NCBI RefSeq assembly: GCF_011745625.1
Contig: NW_027191469.1
Location: 487,677 to 507,676 of the forward strand
Length of the DNA stretch: 20,000 nucleotides
Direction: 5' to 3'
DNA from: Cladosporium halotolerans
Lineage: Eukaryota
The position numbers and the translations under genes are program-made. Below the pieces are notes generated by a model, which made no database searches, had not been told where the DNA came from, and worked only from the letters and a program-made list of their open reading frames with translations. Positions 19,996-20,000 of the stretch are shown piece by piece (position 1 is the first letter of the stretch; each line of letters begins with the position of its first letter).

Positions 19996-20000
19996 ATTCA

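Overview
Eukaryotic (fungal) genomic DNA from a filamentous ascomycete, most likely a Dothideomycete: the SDR at 4128-4931 closely resembles the Cladosporium NADP-mannitol dehydrogenase (Cla h 8) as I recall it, and the introns are short (53-86 nt) GT..AG introns with CTRAY-like branch points. Gene content from left to right: a truncated Utr2/Crh-type GH16 with a CBM18 domain (-); an orphan 3-exon, 184-aa membrane protein (-); mannitol dehydrogenase (+); an XLF/Nej1-family NHEJ factor (-); cactin (+, 3 exons); a forkhead transcription factor (+, 2 exons); a class I CPD photolyase (+); an M28 glutamate carboxypeptidase II-like peptidase (-, 3 exons); a small repeat-containing ORF (+); and a hypothetical protein at the right edge (-). 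There are several microsatellites. I found no tRNA, rRNA, CRISPR array or clear transposase. This looks like core chromosome, and I see no strongly supported novel multi-gene system. The best leads are: two in-frame starts on the photolyase suggesting mitochondrial/nuclear dual targeting; a tandem branch-point/3' splice-site arrangement in cactin that could be autoregulatory; repeated linear motifs in the XLF tail; and two orphan proteins. All exon structures were derived by hand and checked for reading-frame consistency; no database search was run.
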